A DNA stretch of 40,000 nt from Veillonella dispar (GCF_900637515.1 NZ_LR134375.1:601952-641951); one strand, 5' to 3'. Counted from the stretch's first letter, positions 26,278-33,902 are shown. Notes: a model not told the origin generated them from the sequence alone. Program-made: numbers and translations.

Positions 26278-26303
26278 AATTTCACCTCCGAAAGGATACT
26301 ACT

Positions 26304-26696
26304 ATGAATCAATATGTATTTGTATTGAACGAAATGGGCGAACGAATTACGTCCTATGTTGATAATACAGTAACGCAAGAGCAGTTGTTAGCAACTGCAA
26401 AACAAGAATGGCCAGATGCAAAGGATTATATTTACTCTACAGACGGCGATAGTATGCTAGATGAATTTATGAAAGGTAAATTCTATGTAAACGGCAAGTT
26501 TGTCGAACCTGCTCCGTATGTTCCTACCAAGGAGGATAAGATTAATGCGATTAAATCTGAATACGAGCCGCGCTTCAAATCCTTAGAAGAGGCTCAGCGC
26601 AGATTGTTATTAATGGGAAAACCTACTGGGGCCATTAGTGCACAATATATCAAATTAAATACCGAAATGGTAACACGTATTAAGGAGGTACAATAA
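26304..26696 (+). CDS. Hypothetical protein (possible fibre assembly/chaperone role by position)
   Basis: 130-aa ORF with an AAAGGA RBS. No recognisable motif. The functional guess rests on position only. Confidence 0.35.
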   Translation: MNQYVFVLNEMGERITSYVDNTVTQEQLLATAKQEWPDAKDYIYSTDGDSMLDEFMKGKFYVNGKFVEPAPYVPTKEDKINAIKSEYEPRFKSLEEAQRRLLLMGKPTGAISAQYIKLNTEMVTRIKEVQ

Positions 26697-26697
26697 T

Positions 26698-26862
26698 ATG
26701 CCTAAATATATCGGAGAAAGTAAAGTACCTGTTATGGAATTTTGTGAGTACTGCTGGGAAGTGCTTAACGAAGACGGAACATGCCCAACAGAGGGCTGTG
26801 TCCATAATGATTTAATGGACGAGGTACACGAAGATGAAACTACCAGTCCTACACAACTTTAA
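26698..26862 (+). CDS. Small zinc-ribbon-like protein (54 aa, absent from the ORF track)
   Basis: ATG 26698 lies 9 nt after AAGGAGG and 2 nt after the upstream stop. It translates to [54 protein letters not shown], with CxxC ... CxxxxC. TAA at 26860-26862. Confidence 0.5.
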   Translation: MPKYIGESKVPVMEFCEYCWEVLNEDGTCPTEGCVHNDLMDEVHEDETTSPTQL

Positions 26863-27172
26863 TGCAATTAAAGGGGAAGTGATTTCTCTTAGCATTGGTT
26901 ATAACAATGTTGTTGCAAGTGAAAGTTTGTTCGCCTGTGTTCGTAAATATTCTCCGGACGAAGAATATAAAGCTAAGTTCGATATTGACGTGTCTACCGA
27001 CGAGCTAGAAAACGATGAAGCATCTAAAATCACTCTTTCGTTGGATACAAATGCCCTAGCAGTCGGTAAATACCAATGGGACTTATTTATTTGGAATGGC
27101 GACCACCCTATCAAATGTCTAGTTAAAGGACAAATTACTATAGTCGAAGGCGTTAGCAATAGGGGGAAATGA
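26834..27172 (+). CDS. Hypothetical protein (small beta-rich, fibre-associated by position)
   Basis: 112-aa ORF. Its stop overlaps the start of the collagen-like gene. Confidence 0.4.
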   Translation: MKLPVLHNFNAIKGEVISLSIGYNNVVASESLFACVRKYSPDEEYKAKFDIDVSTDELENDEASKITLSLDTNALAVGKYQWDLFIWNGDHPIKCLVKGQITIVEGVSNRGK

Positions 27173-28488
27173 TGGACGAACTACACATTCACGAAAATAA
27201 CGAAACGATCAAAGTTAAAGACAATACTCAAATCGTTAAACTGCAAGGACCGAAAGGAGACCCTGGGCCACAGGGCCCTCCTGGTCCTCCAGGTCCACAG
27301 GGTGAACCTGGTCGAAATGGTATTGACGGAATAAACGGAGAACAAGGGATACAGGGCATTCAAGGCCCGCCTGGTATTCAAGGACCTCCTGGTAAAGATG
27401 GTCTTAAAGGTGAACCCGGAACTCCTGGACAACGTGGAGCGGATGGCGAACGAGGGCCACAGGGGCCACCTGGACCGAAAGGCGAACCGTTTAAGTTCTC
27501 TGACTTCACACAGGAGCAACTTAATGCACTTAAAGGACCGAAAGGTGATAAGGGCGAACAAGGACCTCCCGGTCCTCCTGGTACTGGTGGCACAGGTGGA
27601 GCAGACTTGTCGGATTATACTAAGAAAGCTGACGCCGAAAATCTTTATCTTAAGAAAGTAGACCTAAGAGCTTATCTTACTATGCTCGGTGACCCTAAAT
27701 ATGCACTTAAAACAGAGTTAAATAATTATTTATCTAACACAGATGCGGCTAATAATTATGCTCAAAAAGGCTGGGCAACTCAAACGTTTGCATATAAAGG
27801 TGATTTAGGTGTCTATATTAAGAAATCCGAAATCGGTCAATATGCATTAACACCTGGTGATGCTTCTAGTCGTTACGTCAATAAATTAGAGGGGCAGTCC
27901 TTCGCTCAAAAATCTGAATTAAGTGATTATGTTAAGAAAACTGAAATTAATCAGTATACATCAAGTACACAAGGGCCGCCAGGGCCTAAAGGAGAGCCGT
28001 TCAAATATTCTGACTTCACGCAAGACCAACTTAATGCACTTAAAGGGCCAAAGGGTGATAAAGGCGAGCCGTTCAAGTATTCTGATTTTACGGCGGAACA
28101 ATTACTAGCATTAAGAGGGCCTAAAGGAGCCCCTGGGAGCGGTGGGGGACAAGTAACTTCACAACCAGTCGAAATATATGAAGTTGTTTGGGGTAATGCT
28201 ATAGCCAGTAACCCTGGTGCTGATAGAGGTTACTTAGCGTTTGACCCCTTAACTGGTTGGGGATACTTACATTTTGATTTTAAATTGAAAACCCCTTCTG
28301 GTAATGGCAATATGGTAGCATCGCTTCCACCAAATGCGCCAGTTGCAGTAAGGCTAATTGAAAGAAGCGTTGATGCAAGTAACAATAGCATTTATGTTGA
28401 ACGAAATAGCCGTATAATTAAGGGTTGGGGTGTACCGGCGAACATGCGGTATATTATTGATATTATTGGTTATTGGAGAAAGGTGTAA
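27169..28488 (+). CDS. Collagen-like repeat tail fibre / receptor-binding protein
   Basis: 27 uninterrupted Gly-X-Y triplets (about 27247-27489). Three copies of the EPFK(F/Y)SDFT..QL.AL(K/R)GPKG module. Fibre-type D/E-L-S-x-Y-x-K-K repeats. A ~110-aa non-repetitive C-terminal domain. Confidence 0.75.
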   Translation: MMDELHIHENNETIKVKDNTQIVKLQGPKGDPGPQGPPGPPGPQGEPGRNGIDGINGEQGIQGIQGPPGIQGPPGKDGLKGEPGTPGQRGADGERGPQGPPGPKGEPFKFSDFTQEQLNALKGPKGDKGEQGPPGPPGTGGTGGADLSDYTKKADAENLYLKKVDLRAYLTMLGDPKYALKTELNNYLSNTDAANNYAQKGWATQTFAYKGDLGVYIKKSEIGQYALTPGDASSRYVNKLEGQSFAQKSELSDYVKKTEINQYTSSTQGPPGPKGEPFKYSDFTQDQLNALKGPKGDKGEPFKYSDFTAEQLLALRGPKGAPGSGGGQVTSQPVEIYEVVWGNAIASNPGADRGYLAFDPLTGWGYLHFDFKLKTPSGNGNMVASLPPNAPVAVRLIERSVDASNNSIYVERNSRIIKGWGVPANMRYIIDIIGYWRKV

Positions 28489-28491
28489 TAG

Positions 28492-28821
28492 ATGTGGACT
28501 TGGCAATTTGAATTGAATGACATCTTAACCACTCTTACGATTGTAGGTGTGGTTGCAGGTGCAGGATATAGATTATTGATTATTCCGTTGTTACAACAAT
28601 TAGACTCACAACGGATGCAAGATAATCTTATCTTTCAAGAAAAATGGGGTGTATTAACTGATACACTAAAAGATTTGAAAGATGAAATTAAATTATCACG
28701 TGCAGAGCGAATAAAAGCTGAGAGCAAGCAAGTATTACTATCTGCAAAAGTTGAAGCATTAGAAGTACGTGTTGAGGATATTAAGGATGAACTTCATGAA
28801 CATACCTCAAAAGCTCATTAA
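28492..28821 (+). CDS. Membrane-anchored coiled-coil protein of the lysis cassette (XhlA-position analogue)
   Basis: N-terminal TM segment LTTLTIVGVVAGAGYRLLIIPLL followed by a charged coiled coil. Located immediately upstream of the holin and amidase genes. Confidence 0.45.
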   Translation: MWTWQFELNDILTTLTIVGVVAGAGYRLLIIPLLQQLDSQRMQDNLIFQEKWGVLTDTLKDLKDEIKLSRAERIKAESKQVLLSAKVEALEVRVEDIKDELHEHTSKAH

Positions 28822-29128
28822 TTCAATTAAACAATCTTATAAATCTGTGAGGGTGGCTAACATCCACCCAACAGGTATTTTAGCTACTCGGGCGCTAGTG
28901 TTTATTATGCTAGTGCCTATTTTATTGGTGGTCACTCAATATGTTATGTCCTTTATTAGTGGGTACGTGTCAGACGAAGCGAATAAGCTGATTAATGTAG
29001 GCATCAATATTATTGACCACATATTCATACCTAGTGTCTTAACAGCCATTGTAGGCTTCTTAGGGCTTTGGGTAGACCAAAATAATAATGGTATTCCCGA
29101 TAGATTAGAAGAGGAGGATAAACGATGA
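28787..29128 (+). CDS. Holin (two TM segments, charged C-terminus)
   Basis: TM1 is ALVFIMLVPILLVVTQYVMSF and TM2 is IFIPSVLTAIVGFLGLWV, with the tail RLEEEDKR. The stop overlaps the amidase ATG (ATGA). Possible starts are ATG 28787 and ATG 28796. Confidence 0.65.
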   Translation: MNFMNIPQKLINSIKQSYKSVRVANIHPTGILATRALVFIMLVPILLVVTQYVMSFISGYVSDEANKLINVGINIIDHIFIPSVLTAIVGFLGLWVDQNNNGIPDRLEEEDKR

Positions 29129-29643
29129 AAGTATTTATTAATCCTGGCCACGATATCAACTTAGATAGTGGCGCAGTTAATCCTGTATATGGAACACGCG
29201 AATGTGACGTGGCACGTGATGCGGGCAAGATGTTAGCGTGTTACTTGGAAACAGCTGGATGCGATGTGCGCACCCTACAAGATGATGATTTAGGGCTTGT
29301 ATGTTCCGAAGCTAATTCTTGGGGCGCAGATATCTTCGTATCGCTTCATTGTAATGCGTTTAACACAGAAGCCCGTGGCACTGAGACTTTGTATAAGTCT
29401 TTTAACGGGCAACGATTAGCAAACGACATTCAAAGTCAAATAATCCGCAGCATTAATACGGTAGACCGTGGAGTTAAGAAACGTGATGACCTTTGGGTGC
29501 TAAATGGTACGGACGCAACTGCTGTATTAGTTGAAATGGCGTTCATTGATAATGAAGAAGATCATACTATGCTGACTAATGATTTAGATACTATCGTTCG
29601 TGCCATTGCTAGGGGGATTACTGACTACGCAGGAGGAATATAA
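29125..29643 (+). CDS. N-acetylmuramoyl-L-alanine amidase endolysin (Amidase_3)
   Basis: MKVFINPGHD..DSGAV, E in the RECD region, and SLHCNAF are typical of the CwlA-type zinc amidase. Confidence 0.85.
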   Translation: MKVFINPGHDINLDSGAVNPVYGTRECDVARDAGKMLACYLETAGCDVRTLQDDDLGLVCSEANSWGADIFVSLHCNAFNTEARGTETLYKSFNGQRLANDIQSQIIRSINTVDRGVKKRDDLWVLNGTDATAVLVEMAFIDNEEDHTMLTNDLDTIVRAIARGITDYAGGI

Positions 29644-30128
29644 TGTATGACAAAATCAAAGTTTTACTTAATAGCCTTAGTTACCGCCATGCTGTTATCG
29701 GTGGTATTGTGCTCCTCTCCATCTTTTGCCTCTGGTATATCTTCCACGAGCCAAGCGGAGCCAACCATAACGATTCCCTTAACACAGTGGAACGAATTGA
29801 AAGCCAACAACGAGAAAGCATTAAGCTTAATAGAGACATCCAGTCTGCCATTGACCGAGGCACAGTCCTTAGTCATGAAGCAAAGGGAAGAATTGAACGA
29901 AGCACACAATACAATCTCGACATTGGAAACCGAATTAGTGAAAGCCAAAATGCTATCCATGAAGCAAGAAGTTACCTTATCAGAAATGCAGAACTCATTG
30001 ACCGAATTGAAAGGGCAAATCAACAACGACAAACGAACTATCAAGCGACTACGGACGCAACGCAACCTATCTCAGATGGTGGGAGCGGGAGCAATAATCG
30101 GAGTAGTGATTCATCGGTAAAGAGGTGA
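29643..30128 (+). CDS. i-spanin-like protein (N-terminal TM plus coiled coil)
   Basis: The ATG overlaps the amidase stop. TM segment AVIGGIVLLSIFCLWYIF followed by Arg/Glu/Gln-rich helical sequence. Last gene of the lysis cassette. Confidence 0.5.
   Translation: MYDKIKVLLNSLSYRHAVIGGIVLLSIFCLWYIFHEPSGANHNDSLNTVERIESQQRESIKLNRDIQSAIDRGTVLSHEAKGRIERSTQYNLDIGNRISESQNAIHEARSYLIRNAELIDRIERANQQRQTNYQATTDATQPISDGGSGSNNRSSDSSVKR
29647..30120 (+). CDS. Fully overlapping +1-frame ORF: signal/lipoprotein-like N-terminus, coiled coil, C-terminal hydrophobic tail (o-/u-spanin-like?)
   Basis: It shares the AGGAGGA RBS (29631-29637). MTKSKFYLIALVTAMLLSVVLCSSPSFASG looks like a signal peptide. A heptad-like middle follows, then the C-terminal MVGAGAIIGVVIH. 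Which frame or frames are translated is unresolved. Confidence 0.35.
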   Translation: MTKSKFYLIALVTAMLLSVVLCSSPSFASGISSTSQAEPTITIPLTQWNELKANNEKALSLIETSSLPLTEAQSLVMKQREELNEAHNTISTLETELVKAKMLSMKQEVTLSEMQNSLTELKGQINNDKRTIKRLRTQRNLSQMVGAGAIIGVVIHR

Positions 30129-30170
30129 TCCAAATATCTCCCTAGCCCTGCGAGGGTGGACGTAAGGCAA

Positions 30171-30204
30171 GCCCCAGGTAAATAGTACCTGGGGCTTTTT
30201 TTTT
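30171..30204 (+). terminator. Intrinsic terminator ending the late/lysis operon
   Basis: GCCCCAGGT aaatagt ACCTGGGGC followed by T9. Confidence 0.8.
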
Positions 30205-30323
30205 ATTTGACATCATTTTGACATCATTTTATTAAAAAATATATAGAAATATAGTTAAATGTGATACTATGAAATGCAGTAAAATACTGTGTTTATAGAA
30301 TTTGTCATTACCTATATAATTAA

Positions 30324-30368
30324 CTCTTAATCAGGGTGTCCAGGGTTCGAACCCCTGGTGGTCCACCA
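30324..30368 (+). tRNA. tRNA 3'-half remnant (anticodon loop CTCTTAA = CUU Lys-like, T-arm, acceptor, CCA); not an intact gene; probable attR
   Basis: Anticodon loop CTCTTAA, stem half TCAGG, variable GTGTC, T-arm CAGGG TTCGAAC CCCTG, acceptor 3' strand GTGGTCC, then A and CCA. No matching 5' acceptor strand (GGACCAC), D-arm or anticodon-stem partner lies upstream. Confidence 0.6.
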
Positions 30369-30373
30369 AAATA

Positions 30374-30399
30374 ACCCGCACAGTAGTGCGGGTTTTCTT
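30374..30399 (+). terminator. Intrinsic terminator after the tRNA remnant
   Basis: ACCCGCA cagtag TGCGGGT followed by TTTTCTT. Confidence 0.6.
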
Positions 30400-30414
30400 A
30401 TTATTGTCTTTAGA

Positions 30415-31155
30415 CTGGTTCGCGACGTAGTCGCGAATCATAAAACCACCCGCTATGCGGGTGCGGCAACGAAAGTTATACAAAAAAATCACCTTGCTTA
30501 AGTATAATGTAGGTGTTCAAGCCGCATTATATACAAAAGAAAGGTGATTTTATATGGCAACAAAGACACAGAGCCTTGCGCACACAAAATGGTTATGCAA
30601 ATACCACATAGTATTTACACCTAAGTATAGACGTAAAGTTATATATAATCAATACAGAAATAGTTTACGTGAAATATTGAGACGTTTATGTGAATATAAG
30701 GGCGTCAAGATTATAGAGGGGGAGCTTATGGCTGATCATGTGCATATGCTAGTATTAATCCCGCCTAAAATATCAGTATCATCTTTTATGGGATACTTAA
30801 AAGGGAAAAGTGCACTAATGATGTTCGATAAACACGCAAACTTAAAGTATAAATTTGGAAATAGACACTTTTGGTCCGAGGGTTATTATGTTAGTACAGT
30901 AGGTTTAAATGAGGCTACAGTAAAGAAATATATACGTGAGCAAGAGTTACATGACCAAATGAAAGATAAACTTAGTGTAAAAGAATATGAGGACCCTTTT
31001 AAGGGTAGCAAGTAATACACATCCCCTTTAAGGGGAACGTTACGAGTCAATGGCTATGCGGCTTGAACGTAGTGAAAGCCAGCGCCTTTAGACGCTGGCC
31101 TAGTACTACGGGCTTATAGCCCGTGAGCAAACCACCCGTTTTACGGGTGGTTCTG
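30415..31155 (+). mobile_element. IS200/IS605-family insertion sequence (tnpA only); ends approximate
   Basis: A Y1 transposase gene flanked by subterminal hairpins at 30419-30437 and 30447-30463 (left) and 31078-31099, 31108-31124 and 31130-31152 (right). The CCACCCG...CGGGTGG hairpins at the two ends are similar. Confidence 0.6.
30554..31015 (+). CDS. tnpA: IS200/IS605 family Y1 (HUH) transposase TnpA
   Basis: 153 aa. LAHTKWLCKYHIVFTPKYRRK, HUH motif HVHMLV, and the catalytic-Tyr region SEGYYVSTVG. Confidence 0.9.
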   Translation: MATKTQSLAHTKWLCKYHIVFTPKYRRKVIYNQYRNSLREILRRLCEYKGVKIIEGELMADHVHMLVLIPPKISVSSFMGYLKGKSALMMFDKHANLKYKFGNRHFWSEGYYVSTVGLNEATVKKYIREQELHDQMKDKLSVKEYEDPFKGSK

Positions 31156-31277
31156 ATTATCTATTTGTAATCTATTTGTATATTGTAATGAAATTAAATA
31201 ATGTATATATTATAGACAATAAAGATGTAATAGCTTATGATTGCTATATAATAATTTTTCTCATTAGGAGGTACCCA

Positions 31278-32219
31278 ATGGCAGTAGATGTTTCTAGAAC
31301 ACAAGATGTATATAAAGATGCAGGCCAAAGTGTTAACTTTACAACCTTATTATTAAATCGCAAAGATCGTGACGCAGAACTTGAAGTTATCCAAGATATG
31401 GCAGACCGTATCCAAGCCATTAAACGTTCTGTTAGTATTCGTGCGAATGGTGAAGGATTGGGTATTGCCTTTGGTTTTAGCCGCAAAGCATGGGATTATT
31501 TGTTCCCTAATGCACCGGTACCAAAAGAGTTAGAAGATTTCCAAGGTATTAAAGGGGATAAACAAGACGTACCAGCTGTAGCAGCAGATTTATTTTTACA
31601 TGTACGTTCTAATGATGAATCCGTTACGTATACTGTAGTAGATCAAATTATGGGATTCTTACGTCCTATTACATCTGTAGTCGATGAAACTCATGGTTTC
31701 CACTATGAACAAGGTCGTGCTATCATCGATTTCGTTGATGGTACTGAAAACCCTGTTGGTCAAGAGGCTGTTGAGTGGGGGGTTATTGGCGATGAAGATC
31801 CTGAATTCACTAATGGTTCTTATGCATTTGCTCAAAAATATGAACATGATCTTGATGCATGGCGTGCACTTCCTACGGAAATGCAAGAAAAATTCATTGG
31901 CCGTCGTAAATTCAGTGATATTGAATTAGAAGATGATGAAAAAGATCCAGCAGCTCATAATGTAGTGGCTCAAGATAATCGCGATGATGAAGAACATAAA
32001 ATCGTTCGTATGAACGTACCGTTTGCTCAACCTGGACAAGGTGTACGTGGCACATACTTTATCGGTTATGCTCGTTACTGGGATGTAACTAAAACAATGC
32101 TTACTAATATGTTTACGCAAAACGATAAATTGCTTGATTATTCCAAACCTATTACAGGTATGCTTTTCTTCATTCCATCCCTTGATACATTGGATGCTAT
32201 TGCAGAAGGCGAGTTATAA
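31278..32219 (+). CDS. Dyp-type peroxidase
   Basis: ATG 31278 follows AGGAGG, preferred to the tracked 31176 start in AT-rich sequence. Contains the FVDGTENP motif (GxxDG) and has the family-typical length of 313 aa. Confidence 0.8.
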   Translation: MAVDVSRTQDVYKDAGQSVNFTTLLLNRKDRDAELEVIQDMADRIQAIKRSVSIRANGEGLGIAFGFSRKAWDYLFPNAPVPKELEDFQGIKGDKQDVPAVAADLFLHVRSNDESVTYTVVDQIMGFLRPITSVVDETHGFHYEQGRAIIDFVDGTENPVGQEAVEWGVIGDEDPEFTNGSYAFAQKYEHDLDAWRALPTEMQEKFIGRRKFSDIELEDDEKDPAAHNVVAQDNRDDEEHKIVRMNVPFAQPGQGVRGTYFIGYARYWDVTKTMLTNMFTQNDKLLDYSKPITGMLFFIPSLDTLDAIAEGEL

Positions 32220-32324
32220 TCGACATAGCTATTTGATGTATATTTTTATAGTTCGTGATGCTCTATTTTGTTAGCAGTAAACAATTCGAGTAAAAATATC
32301 ATTTAATTCTATAGAAGCGCTCCT

Positions 32325-32350
32325 TTTAGGGGCGCTTTTATGCTATAATA
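32325..32350 (+). terminator. Intrinsic terminator
   Basis: AAGCGCTCC tttta GGGGCGCTT (one G-U pair) followed by a T-rich tail. Confidence 0.5.
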
Positions 32351-32398
32351 AATCTATTAAACTCGTAAAATCCATTGTAGTTATGAATGAGGTATTTC

Positions 32399-33898
32399 AT
32401 GAATTATACTAGCACCCGCGGTACCGTTGCGGTAAATGAAACATATGCATTGTTGCACGGCTTAGCAGAGGATGGTGGTCTATATGTACCATCTTTATTC
32501 CCTACAAACTGCTTAACTTACAATGATGTGAAAGATAAAAACTATCAAGAGGTAGCAGCTGTTGTATTATCCAAGTTGTTCCCATGTTTCTCAGAAGCTC
32601 ATTTAAAAGAAATGATCAACTCTGCATACAGTGATGCTAATTTCAGCACTCGTGATATTGCACCGTTACATTCCTTATTAGAAAAGGTTTCTGTCCTAGA
32701 ATTATTCCATGGCCGTACACAAGCTTTCAAAGATATGGCATTGTCTTTATTCCCATATCTATTAGTAGCGGCAAAAGAGGCTGAAGGTGAGAAAAAAGAG
32801 GTTCTTATCTTAACGGCTACATCTGGTGATACAGGTAAAGCTGCCCTTGAAGGCTTTAAAGATGTACCTGGTACTCACATTCAAGTATTCTACCCAACTG
32901 ATGGCGTAAGTCCAATGCAAGCTGAGCAAATGCAAAAGCAAGAAGGGGACAACGTTAATGTTACTGCGATTCACGGTAACTTCGACGATGCGCAACAATT
33001 CTTGAAACGCTTATTCGTTGATAAAGATACTGCAGAAGAGGTTGCTGCAAAAGGTGTTATGTTCTCTAGTGCGAACTCTATTAACATTGGTCGCTTGGCA
33101 CCTCAAGTGGTGTACTATGTGAATGCCTATGCAGAACTTGTTGCACAAGGTGCCATTCATGAAGATGAAGCATTCAACGTTGTGGTGCCAACTGGTAACT
33201 TCGGTAATATTTTAGCTGCTTATTATGCTAAAAAAATGGGTATTCCTATTGGTAAATTGATTTGTGCATCTAACCAAAATAACGTGCTTACTGATTTCTT
33301 TGAAAGTGGTACATACGATATGAACCGCCCATTCTATACAACGATTTCTCCGTCTATGGATATTCTTGAGTCTTCCAACTTTGAACGTTTCTTATACTAT
33401 ATCTCTGGTGAGGATAGTGAACGCACAGCTGGTTGGATGAAAGATCTTAAATCTACAGGTAAATTGACTGTAAACGAAGAAGAATTCAACCGCGTTAAAG
33501 CTAATTTTGCAGGTGCTTATGTAGATGACGAAGAAACAAAAGCCATCATTGAGCAAGTGTACAACTCCTATGGTTATGTAATGGATCCTCATACAGCGGT
33601 AGCTATGGGTGCATACATGAAGGAATTAGAGAAACACCCAGAAGATGGTGCGCGTCATACAATTATTGCATCTACTGCACATCCATTTAAATTTCCTACA
33701 GCTATTTGTGAAGCTTTAGATATTAAAGTTGGTGATACACCATATGAAAGCTTAGATAATATTTCTGCTGTAACGGGTGTAGCATTCCCTAAACAATTGG
33801 AAGCATTGAAATCTAAACCATTGCGTTTCACAAAAGCAATCGATAAAGAGAATATGAAACAAGAAATTCTTGATTTTGTAGATACATTCTCTAAATAA
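32399..33898 (+). CDS. thrC: Threonine synthase
   Basis: N-terminus MNYTSTRG, PLP-lysine motif TQAFKDMAL, about 500 aa. ATG 32399 is preferred to 32387. Confidence 0.85.
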   Translation: MNYTSTRGTVAVNETYALLHGLAEDGGLYVPSLFPTNCLTYNDVKDKNYQEVAAVVLSKLFPCFSEAHLKEMINSAYSDANFSTRDIAPLHSLLEKVSVLELFHGRTQAFKDMALSLFPYLLVAAKEAEGEKKEVLILTATSGDTGKAALEGFKDVPGTHIQVFYPTDGVSPMQAEQMQKQEGDNVNVTAIHGNFDDAQQFLKRLFVDKDTAEEVAAKGVMFSSANSINIGRLAPQVVYYVNAYAELVAQGAIHEDEAFNVVVPTGNFGNILAAYYAKKMGIPIGKLICASNQNNVLTDFFESGTYDMNRPFYTTISPSMDILESSNFERFLYYISGEDSERTAGWMKDLKSTGKLTVNEEEFNRVKANFAGAYVDDEETKAIIEQVYNSYGYVMDPHTAVAMGAYMKELEKHPEDGARHTIIASTAHPFKFPTAICEALDIKVGDTPYESLDNISAVTGVAFPKQLEALKSKPLRFTKAIDKENMKQEILDFVDTFSK

Positions 33899-33902
33899 TA
33901 GG

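Noticed and set aside
27066-27078. A near-copy of the crossover core (CCAATGGGACTTA) that also encodes Gln-Trp, in ORF 26834-27172
   Set aside because: It has one mismatch in the core and lies in direct orientation relative to core A. Recombination there would delete the recombinase and cassettes. Only 31 codons follow, and they show no similarity to the fibre tips. Probably coincidence, but worth including in a read-junction search.
27181-27661. Antisense and alternate-frame ORFs (27181-27561 -, 27378-27593 -, 27398-27661 +) within the collagen-like gene
   Set aside because: They are artefacts of the GGN-CCN repeat composition, which suppresses stop codons in other frames. Their products are low-complexity Pro/Gly/Arg/Ser strings.
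29664-30065. 133-codon antisense ORF across the spanin-like region
   Set aside because: It has no RBS, lies opposite to every neighbouring gene, and gives a Cys/Ser/Phe-rich implausible product. I keep it only as a warning that the composition here inflates ORF lengths.
30293-30368. An intact tRNA gene (or tmRNA 3' end) at the prophage edge
   Set aside because: No 5' acceptor strand (GGACCAC), D-arm or 5' anticodon stem is present upstream. The acceptor sequence is not tRNA-Ala-like, as a tmRNA would require.
31176-31277. The tracked upstream start (31176) for the Dyp peroxidase
   Set aside because: The extra 34 codons are AT-rich Ile/Asn/Tyr filler. ATG 31278 has an AGGAGG RBS and gives the family-typical length.
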